63,055 nucleotides of DNA from Gekko japonicus. Lineage: Eukaryota. Below, in pieces: positions 37,225 to 50,756 of this stretch; the first letter of the stretch is position 1; each line of letters begins with the position of its first letter. The notes under the pieces were generated by a model, which searched no databases, had not been told where the DNA came from, and was given only the letters and a program-made list of their open reading frames with translations. The position numbers and the translations under genes are program-made. The stretch lies in NCBI RefSeq assembly GCF_001447785.1, contig NW_015170887.1, positions 2,735,053 to 2,798,107 on the forward strand, written 5' to 3'.

Positions 37225-39267
37225 ATCTCTATGGCACCCCAACACTCCTTAACTATAATAACTCTGCCTTTTGCATGTTATAGAATTACATTCACATGTG
37301 CAAACACATAGATAATAGGTGTCTGGGTATATACACACAGTCACACACAATTTGTGACCCACTAAGGTGAATGTCACTTATCCACCCTGGCTGATAGGCT
37401 GCATTCTGCCTACTTGGGTAGTCTACTCAGGGCTCAATAACCTCCTATTTTCCCAACCTCCCTGGGATTGCCAAACCACAGGAGCTATCAAACATGTGAT
37501 ATTTTATTTATTATCAAATGTATACCCCGCCCTCCCCGCGAGCGGGCTCAGGGCGACTTCCATAAAGGCATAAATACATTAAAATTACACAATATTTAAC
37601 CATACAATAAAAACATTATAAATACAAAGTGCTGGCGGCTGTTAAATTAACCTAGTTGGTATATTGCTAAAGTAAATTTCCACTGCCCAGATGTTCCATG
37701 ATGTTTCTGCTCATAATCAGTTAGATGTTAAAACCACAGACCAAACTCTGCAGTAACGGCCTGCAATAGGGGCCTGCAGTAGCGGTGGCCCCTAATTAAA
37801 TGCCTGGCGGAAGAGCTCCGTCTTACAGGCCCTGCGGAACTGCAAAATGTCCCACAGGGCCCGGATCCGCGACAAGGGCAGCCCCATGTAGAGAGTGTTA
37901 CAGTAGTCTAGTCTCGAGGTAACCATCGCATGGATCACTGTTGCCAGGTCAGTGCGGTCAAGGAAGGGAACCAACTGCCTAATCAGCCTAAGATGGTAAA
38001 AGGCCGACTTGGCAGTGGCTGCTACCTGGGCCTCCATGGTAAGGGAGGGANNNNNNNNNNNNGGCTTTGACTGCCATCTCATAGGCTTTCATAAACATCC
38101 TATAAGAGGCTCTTGTTCCTTCGTCTTGAGCTCGGTGCCACCGTCTCTCTAGCCGTCTGACCTCCCGCTTCATAAGCCGCAACTCCTGGGTATACCAGGG
38201 AGCCAGCCTAGTGCGGGGGCATAGAGGGCGCCGTGGAGTGATCTCATCAATAGCTGAGGAGAGCCAGCTATGCCAGTCCTCCACAAGCTCATCTAACGAG
38301 CCGCCAGGGGGTATCAGTTCCTGGAGAGTCATCTGCAGCCGCACTGGGTCCATCTGGCTCAGCAGGCGAGCCAAAATACGCTCGTCGCCTAAACAGGGTT
38401 GGGGTGAGACATTCAGGCGGGCCCTCAGGGCATGGTGTTCCAACCATGCAACTGCCGAAGCAGTAACCTGGTCCACTGTCACTGATAGGGAGCAGTACAC
38501 AGCTGGTTGACTGTTAGCTGCTTGGTAGATCACAAGTTGGGCATGCTTGACCTAAAGATAGAATGGCCTTTTGTTTAGCCAGTGGGATATAACAGTTAGA
38601 GTATCTGACTAGAATCTGGGAGAGCCAGGTTTGAATCCCCACAGGTATGGAAGCCTTCCAGGTGACCTTGGACCACTCACACACTGACAGCCTACCTCAC
38701 ATTGTTGTTGTGATAATAATATGGATGAGAGAGGAACAATGTAGGCCACTTTGAGTCCCCATTAGGGAAAAAGGCATGTCATAAATGACGTAAATAAATA
38801 ATAAATAAATACGAGGGTCTCTCTTCCTTGTCCTTTTTCTTTCTGCTGATGATTTTAGAATGACTGTCCTGGAGCAGACAGGGTGCAAAGCAGTGTTGCG
38901 CAGTCAAGGTGCGAGCCAGCCAAGGTATAGACCCAATCTGGTGCATTATGGTCAGAGTCCTAGCCCATACACATAGTCAGTGACTGAAGCAGGTTCAGGG
39001 CAAATCCGAGAGTCAAGGTCCAGATACAGCCCAAGAGTCAGAATCATGGTCTAGAGGCAGAGTCAATGGTGGCAAGGTCAGGAGTAATTAGACACATTGC
39101 TTCCGCAGCTTGTGTCTCCCTCTCTCTGCCCTTTATAGGAGAGATGCCTGTCTCACAGCTCGGTTGCATTATGCAGGTATGTGCGCTCTCCTCCTTGCTG
39201 TCTAGAGCCAGGTGACTTGGGGATGTTAATTGAGCACTTCGTCTTCTTTCCTGCATCTCATGACAGG
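37225..39267 (+). repeat. copy 2 of the tandem duplication (interrupted by L2 at 37502-38482)
   Basis: Starts atctctatg and ends gacagg, as does copy 1. Confidence 0.95.
37502..38482 (-). mobile_element. young, internally deleted L2 insertion (spans N gap 38051-38062)
   Basis: L2 tail at 37502; SRLDYCNTLY motif; upstream APWYTQELR..KRE.RRLERRW linker; tgata duplicated at 37497 and 38483; empty site preserved in copy 1 near 36262. Confidence 0.88.
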
Positions 39268-39565
39268 CCCTCCTTTGTCTATGTTCTAGCAGCTCAGGAG
39301 ATGAGGGAGGCAAGGTGGGTGGTGGGGCGCTCTCTGGTTCTAGGCTATGGGCGTCAGTAGCTGGGGAGCTACTGTCAGCCTGTCAGTTGCTACTTGGCAG
39401 GGTTGTGGTAGCTTTCTTTCCTCAACTACCTGTGATCTGGGACCCCCTTTGCCTGCCTGTTCTTCCTCAGAGGCCTCTGCCTCTTCAGAGCTGGTTGATC
39501 CACAACAAGGGTCCTTTCCGCATTTGGATCTCATCCCTGGTTTTATCAAAGTTCAGCTCGTGACA
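38865..39565 (-). mobile_element. Gypsy-like solo LTR
   Basis: Minus strand starts TGTCACGAG and ends GGACA; cctataaaggg TATA near 39135; acidic/Pro-rich ORF remnant ending RRRSAQL; truncated duplicate at about 36645-37016. Confidence 0.6.
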
Positions 39566-40699
39566 CAATACCTTGCATTTATCCTTGGGACAAGTGTGGG
39601 GTGAAACCGGGGTGACCTTAATGTAATGTGGAAACAAAAAGTACCCCGAGATAATTACAGGTGTGAACTCAAGTGCAGTGTAGAATGTAAGTTCAGGGCA
39701 GGGTTGAACCACAATTTAAGATCTAGTATGGAAAGGACCAATGACATCCACATCAGATGTGAACTCATGTCCTGTTTTAGTTTTGTGTATTTCATGAAAG
39801 CCTCATTTCTTTCCTAAGTTCTACCAATTTGGTTTGAGAAGGTGGCATGACTGGGCATATGCTCCTAATGAAGGAGAAAAGGAGATTGAGGGAAGATGGC
39901 TGCCAGCTTGAAACATCTAGGCTGAGTGTTTTTTCTCTCCTACTGAAGGTACTTATAGTCTGGGCATGGCCAGGGGCACAAGGCTTTGGGCATGAGATGG
40001 ACTAACATAGTGGAATCAACTGAGGATGACTTGTTCATTTTTTTGTCTTTTAACTGCTTTTTATGCTGTGCTATATGTATTCTTCTTGTAAGCTGGTTTG
40101 GGTCCCCACTAAGGTAAAAAGTGGCATAAAAATAGGCTCAATAAGTAAACAACAGCATACCACTCCAACCACACTGTCGTTATTGCTTCCTACAAAGCAC
40201 CCCCCTAAAGGCAGAGGCAGTCTGAGAGACAGAATTATAAGTCTGCATACCCTTCCTTTTCCAGGTTAAGAGGTAACTGTGACAAGGCCCTAAAATCCTG
40301 GAGGACTCCAAGATCCTAGAATTGGCACTGCTGCTCAGTCAGGGTTGATAGAAACATCTGGTTAGGGCATACTTTTACTTGGAATTAAGGAGCAAAGAGT
40401 GAGGTTCTGTTAGAGGCCCCTGTGTTAGCATTTGAAAGGCAAGACTGGCTGTGTTTCTTTCCTCATACTTTCTCTCTACTGTTAAAATTGAAGGTCAGTA
40501 AAATACAAGTATGGTCATGCTTTTATAGCTTTCTAAGTCCCCCTGCCTGGTGTACTTCACAAACATGCTTCTACACCCAAGACAGCGATAGTAATGCTTT
40601 GCTGGCATTTGTATTGTCTTAAATCTGAAGATTATGAGTGAGCTGTCACCCATACACTGCTGACACTCAACTTTATATCTCCTTTTCATTATGGTCCAG

Positions 40700-41100
40700 G
40701 AAAACTGTGGATGACTTTAATCGGCATTTGGGGGCTGTGAAGGTCTGGATGAGGATAAACAATTGATCGTTAATGTAGGCAAAACTGAGATGCTGCGGGT
40801 TGGAAGCAAAGCTGGTTCACGAATAAGTGTTTATGTATGCTGGATGAGATTGTATTTGCCTAATGGAGCAGGTTCACATCCTGGGTGTGTTCCTGGACAC
40901 TTCATTGATCTTACATGCCTTGATGCAAGCAGCTAGAAAGAATTATTCCGACATAGATTGGTCTCCCAGCTGTTAGATTACTTGGACAAAGTGCACCTCT
41001 TGGCCAGAGTTACACATGCTTTGATAACATCCAGGTTTGACTACTGAACCATTATCTATGCAGGGCTGCCTTTCAAGATGTTTTGGAAACTTCAATTGGA
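40700..41100 (+). mobile_element. old L2 RT fragment
   Basis: Degenerate KTEML, LGVFLD and HALITSRFDY codons. Confidence 0.7.
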
Positions 41101-41444
41101 AACAGAGGGTGACTGCTCCAGGATAAAACTAATACATTCATTTGTATTGTTTTAGAGTATTTATACCCTATCTTTCAAAATAAATATTCAAGGTGAGTTA
41201 CAAAGAAAAATTTAATAATTGCACAAAAATCAATTTAAAATAGGATCGACACTCTATTAACAGCTTCTAAAAACATTCTTAAAAACATCAGGGATGAATT
41301 TTACTTTAAAAGACTTTCTAAAACAAACTGTTCAATGGATGCCAAAAGGCCTTCAGTGAGGAAGCCACTCACAGTGCAGGGAAAAGTCAGTTCCATAGAG
41401 TAGGGACAACAGCCAAGAAGACTCAATGACTGAATTTCTCTTTA

Positions 41445-41620
41445 GGGGAGAGTCAATGGCTCAGTGGTAGAGCAGCTGCTTGGTTGCAGAAGGTCATAGT
41501 TCAATCCCAAGTACTTCCAGTTTTAAAAGGATAAGGTGCTATGAAAGGCCTCTATGTGAGACCATGGAGAGCTGCTGCCAAACAGACTATACTGACCTTG
41601 ATGGACCAGTGGTCTGATAA
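41445..41620 (+). mobile_element. Squam3-type SINE
   Basis: tggctcagtggtagagcagctgcttgg...gagaccatggagagctgctgcca. Confidence 0.8.
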
Positions 41621-41749
41621 ATTATATATTTGTATTCAGCTGGAAGTTTCCCCCAGTAAAGCTCCCTCATTTGACCCCAGAACAAGAATGGAAACATACA
41701 GGTAAAGGCAGTCCACTAGATGCCACAGACCCTAGCTGTTCCAGGCTAC

Positions 41750-42003
41750 AAAGAAGAAGAAGAGTTGGTTTTTTTACCCCACTGTTCTCTATCCTAAAGA
41801 ATCTCAAAGCAGCTTAAAATTGCCTTCCCTTCCTCTCCCCACAATAGGCTCCTTGTGAGGTAGGTAGGGCGGAGAGGGTTCTGAGAGAACTGTGACTGGC
41901 CCAAGGCCACCCAGCAGGTGTCATGTGAAGGAGGAGTGGGGAATCAAACCTGGTTCTCCAGATTAGAGTTCACTCCTCTTAACCACCACACCATGCCAGG
42001 TCT
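41750..42003 (-). mobile_element. Squam2-type SINE
   Basis: Homologous to 18285-18564. Confidence 0.85.
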
Positions 42004-42322
42004 CACAGAGAACTTTGTGTTGGGAATGGAAACAAACTGGCAATCAATTTATTGGCCTAGAATATACATGATATGCTCACAGCAGCCAGCCTCTGTTAGA
42101 TGTGGGAACTCAGACTCTGCACTGCAATAATAGAGCTTGAAGTGAATTATTGGATAGTCACCACTGTTTAGAATTAGAATTTTAAAAAATCCAAATGAAG
42201 CAATTAGTTGTTTTCCAAAGGCAAAATACGGAGCATATATAAGTTCCCAGGGAGACTGGTGAGTCTGTTTACATTCATCCTTGCTGCTTTACCATGTCTT
42301 AGCCAGCGTTAAAGACACACAT

Positions 42323-43087
42323 GGGGTGCGGTCAGATGGCGTGATGGGAGCGGTTTAAATTGCTCCGGCTCTGATGCGGGTTTTTTTTTAACCTGGAGAA
42401 TCGCGATCACACTCACCTCCTTGCTCCGGATCGCTGTGCAGCCACATCGCTCCCCACCGTCCACAGGCAGGAGTGTGCGTCAGTGTTGTTTTTTCCTCTC
42501 TCTCAGTTTAGGCATGCGCACAGGCAGCCATCTGTAGAACTAAAATTTACGTGTGTGCGCAGAACAGCAATTTCCATTTCAACCCGACTGCTGTAATACT
42601 TCGCTTTAAACTTTAAAGGAACACTTCCCTTTAAACTTTAAAGGAACACTTCCCTTTAAACGTTTACCCCGAAAATGGCCTTCGTAAGATCCTGAACTTA
42701 TCTAAATGCTAAAACTAGGCACCATTTAAACATTGTTTTTAATAATGCGGTGGCGGAGCTTCGCCTATGCGCACACCACCAACGCTTTTAAAAAATGGAG
42801 GGCGAAAAGCGGAAGCCTCCGGCAGCTTTCGAGCAGGGAGGGGGTTTAAACTGGAAGTGGCTCAACACCGGAGGAGTGATCACACAGGGGAAAAATGCGG
42901 CTGGAAACGGAGAATCAGGAAAACACCGCTTGGGGACCTGGTAACAAAATACTCTGGTTTAAAGGGGATTTGAGCTGGAAAGCGACAGCTGGGGACGGGA
43001 GGCAGATGTTGACTGTGTGATTGCACGTATTAAATCTGTTTCTGAACTGGCACGACACCAGATCAAATGGCGCGTCTGAACACCCCC
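42323..43087. mobile_element. CpG-rich MITE, PIF/Harbinger-like, with an internal 24-bp tandem repeat
   Basis: Termini ggggtgcggtcagatg / cgtctgaacacccc; internal inverted similarity; ctttaaactttaaaggaacacttc repeated at about 42605-42660. Confidence 0.6.
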
Positions 43088-44030
43088 ACGTAATGAAGTC
43101 TCAGATGGTCCCAGATCAGTTGTGCCTTGGTTTTCTCTGAACTAAGTCAGGAAGAGTGAGCAAGCTGGGCAGGTAACCTGGATCTGAGCTGAAGATCTCT
43201 ACTGAAGGCATAACTTGTTTTAGTGAAGAAAATGCAACAACATACTGCCAAGCTATTTGCAATATCTCTGTGATGCAGCCCCAACAGCATATTATGTGGA
43301 GTAATTGTTGTTTAGTAAAAGGAAGAACACTGATAAATGTCTGGACATTAAGGTCAGAGTATGGAGAATGAAACAAGAAACTGCTGTGAAGAGGAAAATA
43401 GAGGTGAAGGGGGGGAATTTGAAATTCAGCACCATGGACAGAGGCACTTGCATTTTGGTTTAATGGAGTCGCTGCACAAAGCTTAATTTTCAGAGTTTCA
43501 CGCTGAAGCACCATAATGCAACAGTTATTTTAAGCCTCCCTGAGCTTGTCTAAACTCTTTGTGTGCCAAGTGCTTGCCACACACCCACCTGTTTGCAGTG
43601 ATTTGGGCGGGGGGAAGAGAAATGGAAAGAATTCTTTGCATGAGTACTCAACAAAAATGATGGGTTTAATAACCTACACTTAGACAGCACTTTTCATCCA
43701 GAGGTCTCATTCTTTATAAATATTCATGCACTTCATATATATTTACATCGAACTTCCCCTCCCTTTCCTCCATCCCAAACAAGTGCACGTATCCCTATGT
43801 CCCTTTTACAGAAGGGAATTGAGACTCATTGATTAAAGGAAACCGAGATTTGAAGAGATTAACAGTGCATTCCTAAACAGAGTTGTACCTTTCAAACCCC
43901 TGTGATTTCAGGTATCACAGAAAAGTACAGTTATAAATATGGGAACAAATAAATTGTGTTATAAGAAAAATGAGAGACTACTTTTTACTAGTAGCACATT
44001 CTCTGGGATGGAGGATGATAATAGTATGGC

Positions 44031-44383
44031 TTTTTTGTTGTTGTTGTTCAGTCGCACAGTCGAGTCTGACTCTTCGCGACCCCATGGACCAGATCACGCC
44101 AGGCCTTCCTGTCTTCCGCCGTCCTCTGAAGTTTTCTCAATTTCATGTTCATTGCATCTATGACACCGTCTAACCATCTCATCCTTTGCCGTCCCCGTCT
44201 TCTTTGACCTTCAATCTTTCCCAGCATCATGGTCTTCTCCAGTGAGTGCTCCCTTCTCATTTGGTGGCCAAAGTATTTGAGCTTCAGTTTCATTATCTGG
44301 CCTTCCAAGGACAATCAAGGTTGATTTCTTTTAGGATTGACTGATTTGATCTTCTTGCAGTCCAAGGGACACTCAAGAGTCTT
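44031..44383 (-). mobile_element. Bov-B (RTE) 3' fragment
   Basis: ORF 44048-44314 LKLKYFGH..LEKTMMLGKIEG..RRRGRQRMRWLD; (caa)n tail. Confidence 0.92.
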
Positions 44384-44669
44384 TGGGATGCCTTTAAAAA
44401 TTATTTCTGCAAGCAACAAACAATGGGTTTTATCTGGAACCATTTGGAAGAGAGTTTGAGAACAGCAGTGGCTAGGTCAGTAAGATTGCTGGGAGAGGGA
44501 ACTGTGTCATTACCACCACCATATTCCATTGTTTAACAGGAAGCCAACAAATGTATTTGGCACAGATCTTAGCAGGCCAGAGCCCACTTCATCAGATGCA
44601 TGAAGTGGTTCCTTAAGATGGTAGGTATACATATAGACATGGGGTGTGGAGTTAAGCATTATTGTTTTT

Positions 44670-44858
44670 GTAGAAAAGAGTAGGAGTCCAGTAGCAACTT
44701 AAAGACTAACAAAATTTGTGGCAGTGTATGAGCTTTTGTGAATCATAGAAGTGACTCATGAAAGCTCATACTGTGCCATAAACTATGTTAGTCTTTAAGG
44801 AGCTACTGGACTCTTGCTCTTTTCTACTGCTACAGGTAGACTAAGATGGCTACCCATT
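44670..44858. mobile_element. Penelope-derived fold-back element
   Basis: About 75-bp inverted arms of the same family as 28243 and 33877. Confidence 0.7.
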
Positions 44859-45142
44859 TTGAGCCATTATTGTTTTATATACCCTTCTGCCACTTAAGAT
44901 CTGCCTTACCAGCTGTACTCTCTATGCCCTTACCTTCAGGGGTATGGCAGGCAGCAACCAGAGAAAGGGCTGTGGAATACCCTTCCCCTCAAGGCTTACC
45001 TGGCACCTATGTTACTTATCAGTGCCAGTTTCTATTCACTCAGGCTTTTAATTAAAGGGTTGATTATTCAAAATCATTTTGTAATGTGCTTTTAGCCTGA
45101 AAAAAGGAACTGTCTTTAAAAATCGGTTTCAAATGTAGCAGC

Positions 45143-45322
45143 AAGAATTCTACCCAGTATAGACTACAGAGACTATATCTTGCCAATATTGAAGGAGCAG
45201 CACTGGTTACCAGATTATTTCTAGGCCTGGTTTAAGAAGAATTCTAGCCAATATAGACTACAGAGACTATATTTTGCCAATATTGAAGGAGCAGTTACCA
45301 GATTATTTCTAGGCCTGGTTTA
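45143..45322. repeat. ~90-bp tandem duplication within old L2-like sequence
   Basis: aagaattcta..ca.tatagactacagagactatat.ttgccaatattgaaggagcag...ctaggcctggtttaa occurs twice. Confidence 0.9.
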
Positions 45323-47208
45323 AATTTCTAGTTCTCACCTTTAAAACACTGTAAGGTCTGGGATTGGGACCCAGATATGTAAAGAACGACTTGCCTGGCA
45401 TTTAGGATCTTTATCGGTGGCTCTGTTCAATGTATCACCCACCTGCAAAAGTGAGTTGAGTGGCTACTGAGGACAGGGCCCCTCTGTTGGGTACCATATT
45501 TCTGGAGTACCCTTTGAATAAATGTCCACCTAGCACCAAACTGTGAATCTTATGGAGCCACCTTAATCCTTTCTTTCCATCCAGGCATCTGTTCATTGTT
45601 GATGTTTAGTGATAGGTTAATGTTGGTTGCCCTCTCTATGTTGCTGTGATCTTAGTATCTATTATGGTACTGCCAACAACTGTTTTATTTTTGACGTCGT
45701 TGATTTCTAACTTAAATTTCTCCTTCGATTTTTATGCTTCTGCTTTTTTGTAGTGATTTTCCCCTAGCTTTCTATTATTTTTATCTTGGAACCTGGTTTG
45801 AGCATGCAGTGCATAAATGTGTTCAGTAAATACATAATAAAACAAGTAACAGTATTAATTGTATTTTGCCTTTCTCCACTAATTGCCAGGCATCTTTCCT
45901 GGTTTTCCAGTGCTCTTTGAGTAAGTGGAAATGAAGCAGTTTGACACTGATGGATTCAGTCTGGTGAGATGTGCTTCTTGATGGACTGATTAGTTTTTCA
46001 GTACAGCCGATGACTTTCACTTCTCTCTTTAAAGATACATTACAGTCTTTTGTAGAGGTTTCATTCTGAGCAAAGGGATGATTTTGAGTATTTCACATAG
46101 TAGGGAAGATCTGTTTATTTTGCATGGAAAGCATTTGGAATGGTGAAGAGTATTCAGCAGTGTCATAGAAGTAGACACTAGGATTACGAAGATATCACAA
46201 AGATCTTGATGGTCACTGAAGACTAAAGATATTTCCAGCTCTGTCCCAGATTGACCTAGTTATGGGCTTCATATCTGAATGCACTCTACTGGAGCAACAC
46301 ACAAATATTTTGAGCATCACAGTTAAAGAAAACTTGTGATCCAGATCAGGAGGAAGTTACCAGGATAGCACGGTACATAACCTACAAGGAAGAAGGGGGT
46401 CTGCATAGCACAGGGAAAATATTAAGGGGGGAAGTGTCAGGCATTTCAAATGTTTAAAATAATTTCAGAAAGAAGAGGAACCCATTGAAGACAGCACAAG
46501 AAAAAAATGGATTAAAACCTCAGGATGTTGGCTGACTGGTGGATAGGTAGATAGATGTGTGGCAAAAATCAGAGGAAATTACTTAACTCTAAGAATAGTT
46601 CAGAATTCAAGTAAGACCAGTTCAGCACTGATGCCTTCTAAAGAGGCAACTATAGAAACAAACTGAGACTCAGTTTGGAATATGACAGTAGCGGACTGTG
46701 ACCTCTCATTGGATGGGTTTTACAGATCCTGCTATATATTTGCTGTTCTGTGTAGCTGCATGTGAGGAAGAAATGGATGGGAGAATGGTGCAATTCAGCA
46801 AAACATATTGCTAGTTTGCTGGCTAATTAAAGATCACTGTTGGAAGACTTTAAATAATGTTCTAAAGTCCCTCTCACTATCGGTCTATCCGGATCTTGAA
46901 TCAGGATGTGATGGTGACGCAAAAGAGGACAGTCCGTAAACAGATTCAAGCCTGTACTCAGCAGTGAGCCACTGAGCAGAGTCAGGGCTTTTCCTCATGC
47001 TCAACTTATTCATAATTTTCTTGGCAGTCCATTCACACAGACTGGAATTGGTTTGGCCATAGTTCTTCACCATGTCTGCCCTCCCTCTGCATTTACACAG
47101 TTGTGGAGTCAGTTTATCTTCCTCCTCATGTGCCTTAAAAACCATGATTCTTCAAAGGAGGGTGCTGTCATCATTGGTGGCATCACAGCACCACTCCTTT
47201 TTGCATCT

Positions 47209-47552
47209 GGGGCCGTGGTGGCTCAGAGGTTAAGACACTGAGCTGCAGACTGGAAGGTCTGTAGCTTGGCAGTTCAAGATGCTAGCGCCGCATGACGGAG
47301 TGAGCTCCCGTCTCTTGCCCCAGCTCCTGTCAACCTAGCACTTCAAAAGCAAGAAAATGCAAGTAGATAAAGAGGTACCACTTCGTCGTGGGAAGGTAAC
47401 AGCATTCTGTGTGCCTCAGCATTTAGTCATGCCGGCCACATGACCACGGAAACATCTTTAGACAGCACTGGCTGTTTGGCTTGGAAACGGAGATGAGCAC
47501 CACCCCCTAGAGTCAGATTTAACTAGCTTTCAAGCAAGGGAAACCTTTTACT
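47209..47552 (+). mobile_element. Sauria SINE
   Basis: Full-length homolog of 17875-18230. Confidence 0.92.
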
Positions 47553-49599
47553 ATATTGATAAAATGGATGCATCTTTTGAAAGGGCACTAAAGTTTAGAT
47601 ATACTATTGTAATGATAGGTTTAGCAAGTTCTCTGAATTTCTAGCTTTTATTTTAAGAAGGAAGTCTCTACCCTCTCCCTTGTGGAGATATAAGAAAAAA
47701 GGGACATCTCCGAAAGGGAAGGAGATAGAGACTTACTGTTTAAAAAAATGAAACTGGGAGTTCAGAGAACATGCTAAATCTATCACTACAAGTGTGTATC
47801 AATATATCAATAGTTTAGTACCTTAAAAAACAAACAAAAATGAAACCACTTTTCTTCAGGGTGGGTGGGGGAGGAGAGGGAGTGGTTTGATGATGACAAC
47901 AGTCCAATAATTGAAAAGTTGGTTGGAGTTGGGATGGAACAGGTGGAACAAAGAAAACTGGAAGAAACATTACAGACAAGGAAAAGGGCTACTCAAAATC
48001 AGCTTCCAGAAACAGATCGGGATAAAAGTAGTCTCAAAAGAAATGGGAGAAAAAATACATTAAAAAATAAACAGAAACAAAACAAAAACAAATTAAAAAC
48101 TGAGGGGGGGGGTAAGTGCAGAAATCAGGGGATAAATTGAAGGAGTTCAGGGCTAGAACCAAGTTTTTAAAACATGCAGAAAAGCCTTAGAACTCACTGG
48201 GTTGGATCTACCACAGAAAGAATTTCTGCCCATGGAGCATGGCTTTCTCACATCCTCCCCACCTTGTTGCAGCTCAAATTGCTTTGAAATGCTATTCCTG
48301 CAGGTAGGGGCAGCATTTCATGGGACATTTTGTCCTGCAGTGGGATGTGTGAAGTGAGAAAGTCATGCTCCATCAGTGGGAATCCTTTTGTCTGCAGAAA
48401 ATCTCTGGTGAATCCGATGCATTACCTTGACACCTAATACCTGGGAAATGAGAATAATAGTGACCTTTTTTTCTTGTGCAGATTGATAGATGATTAGCAG
48501 AGGACACAATCCAGTGGGAAGTTCTTTTGTCTCCCCATTACTGTGCTCTTGTGAGTCCTCAGACATTACTATGGGACTTGTACAGAAGAATTCCTGGTGG
48601 ATTGCATCAAGAGGGTTTTCTTTCTTTCTTTTTTGGCACATTAAAAAAAGTGTCACATAGGACCAGGGATAATGTGAAAGCCACATGAATGGATCCGCAG
48701 GGTAAAGATGCAAAACAATGAAAGGCTTGATGGATTCATGCTGTGAAGTGAACCCTTTAATATTCTCTGTTCTTCTCAAAAGCTGCCCTTCCATGTGGAC
48801 TTTGTCCCTGCTGCCTCTCCTTAGGCTGGCTGCCCAGCTTTTATCCCTTAATGTTCATGGCAATATCTCAGCATCTTTAGAAATGGCAGTGAAGCTGTAA
48901 ATCCTGCCATCCTATATGAGCTGTACTTTTGCAGTGTCAAGCTAGCATGTGGAGGAGAAAAGCAGACGTGTTATGTGGCGCTTTCGCTTGTTTACTGTGT
49001 GGTTTATCTCCTGTTCAGTCTTTCCTCTTTTTAGTTAAATATTTAGTTTATTTTTATGACAGATGATTTTCTGGTTTCGTTTCCAGAAACAGAAAGTGCC
49101 AGCAATGCCAGCATCACCAGGGCATCTGTTCCTTGCTTTTAATTAGTCCGCTTCTCTCACTTGCCTTCTAAATGCAGATGACTACTTTTGCAATCATCAT
49201 TTTATTTGTAAGCCATGCTATTTTTCTTGAGTCTCTCTGTCCTGCATTTTGGGGCACCTTCGCTTAGACATGCCCTCTCTGCAAAGGAAGCCATGCAAAG
49301 CAGCCTTGCACCAAAATGGTTGATCTTGCTCAGTTCTGGCTACTTTACTTGAAAGTAGCTTTTTGGAACCTCAGATGTACTGAGACATGTTATCAAGATC
49401 TTTAAGTGGAGAGGCCAGGGATTCAACTCAGGTTCCCCTGCATTCAAAACAGATGGTCTGCAGTTGATCCACAGTTAGTTTTCACAGCAGGCTATAAAGC
49501 AAGGCTGTTTCCCCCCCCTGAATGGTTTGTTATTAGTGGTCAACAGGTCAATGTCAGGTTTCCCATTTGATGGTCAGGGCCTTCACTCTAATTTTACAG

Positions 49600-49900
49600 C
49601 TATCATCATGAAGACCACAACCTTGTTAACAGCATCAAGCAGCAATGCTTTTTGAGCTCTACAATGTCAGTCTTTTCAAATGGTTCATAGAAAGTCGAGT
49701 CTAGGTCCATACTGAATGTTGCTTCACAGCACAAATCCATTCGTCTAGGTCCATGTTGAAAGCACCTTTTCTGAAGAGTGCTGAATGTTGCTTCACAGCA
49801 CAAATCCATTCAAAAGTTGTTTGTTCTTCTGCCATTTTGCTTTGAGGATCCATTTTTTGTGAGAGACGTGGTCAAGAAGACAGAAGAGTTTTAGTATTGC
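49600..49900 (+). mobile_element. RTE-like LINE internal fragment with a local ~31-bp duplication
   Basis: Degenerate RT-region codons; ctgaatgttgcttcacagcacaaatccattc at 49712 and 49781. Confidence 0.5.
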
Positions 49901-49924
49901 ATATGAGCACACAGTAGGATCGTA

Positions 49925-50108
49925 GTTTTTGTCATGGATTACTTACAGTGACCCTGTAGGGTTTCTCAAAGTCGGAGATTGTCAGAGATGGTTTGCCATT
50001 GCCTGTCTCTGCGTAGTGGCCGTGGCATTCCTTCCAAACAGCAACCAGGGCTGACCCTGCTTAGCTTCCAGGATCTGATGAGACTGGGCTAGCCTGGGCT
50101 GTCCAGAG
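49925..50108 (-). mobile_element. 5S rRNA-derived SINE (degenerate)
   Basis: ccctgcttagcttccaggatctgatgagac is the reverse complement of the 5S internal control region; abuts an RTE 3' end with a (ca)n tail at 50109-50220. Confidence 0.75.
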
Positions 50109-50756
50109 CAAGGCTGTTAATGATAGAACATTTTGGAGGTCATTGATTCATAGGGTCATCGTAGGTCAGAAGCGACTTGATAGTACATAACACACACAAG
50201 GCACACACACACACACACACAAGAGCACAGCAATTACTGGAAGTCAGCATCTACCATATGAGAAGCAAGCTCTGTTTGTTTTATAGTGGCTGATCATGTA
50301 ATGGCCAGAGTGCAATGGACTTCCAGGCATGCGCGCAAATCCTTTTAAAAGACCAAATTTCAACATCCTATCAAGGGATGACTGCAAAACAGGCCTAGTA
50401 ATATGGGAAATTATTTTGTGACTCAGCCTTCAGGCCACTCGAGAAGTATCCAGAAGTATCATGTGCCAAATCATCAGCAATAGTATGGCCCTATCAAGAT
50501 GCTGCCTTGGTTTGTAACCAACAGGGGGAGCAAGCAAAAAATGGGAGGCAAGACAATAATGAAACAGGTGTCACTGGGAGCAGGGACAGAGGAGAAGAAG
50601 TATGTGGAGCTCAGTAGCATATCTATTGTGAGTCATCATTGCCATCCTGCTTTTCCATATTACATTCTGGACCATGGCACAGCACTCCCAGAATGTTCCT
50701 CCTGTCGCTGCAGAATATAGCCTTAAAAACATGCAAACAAAATATATTTAATTTTA

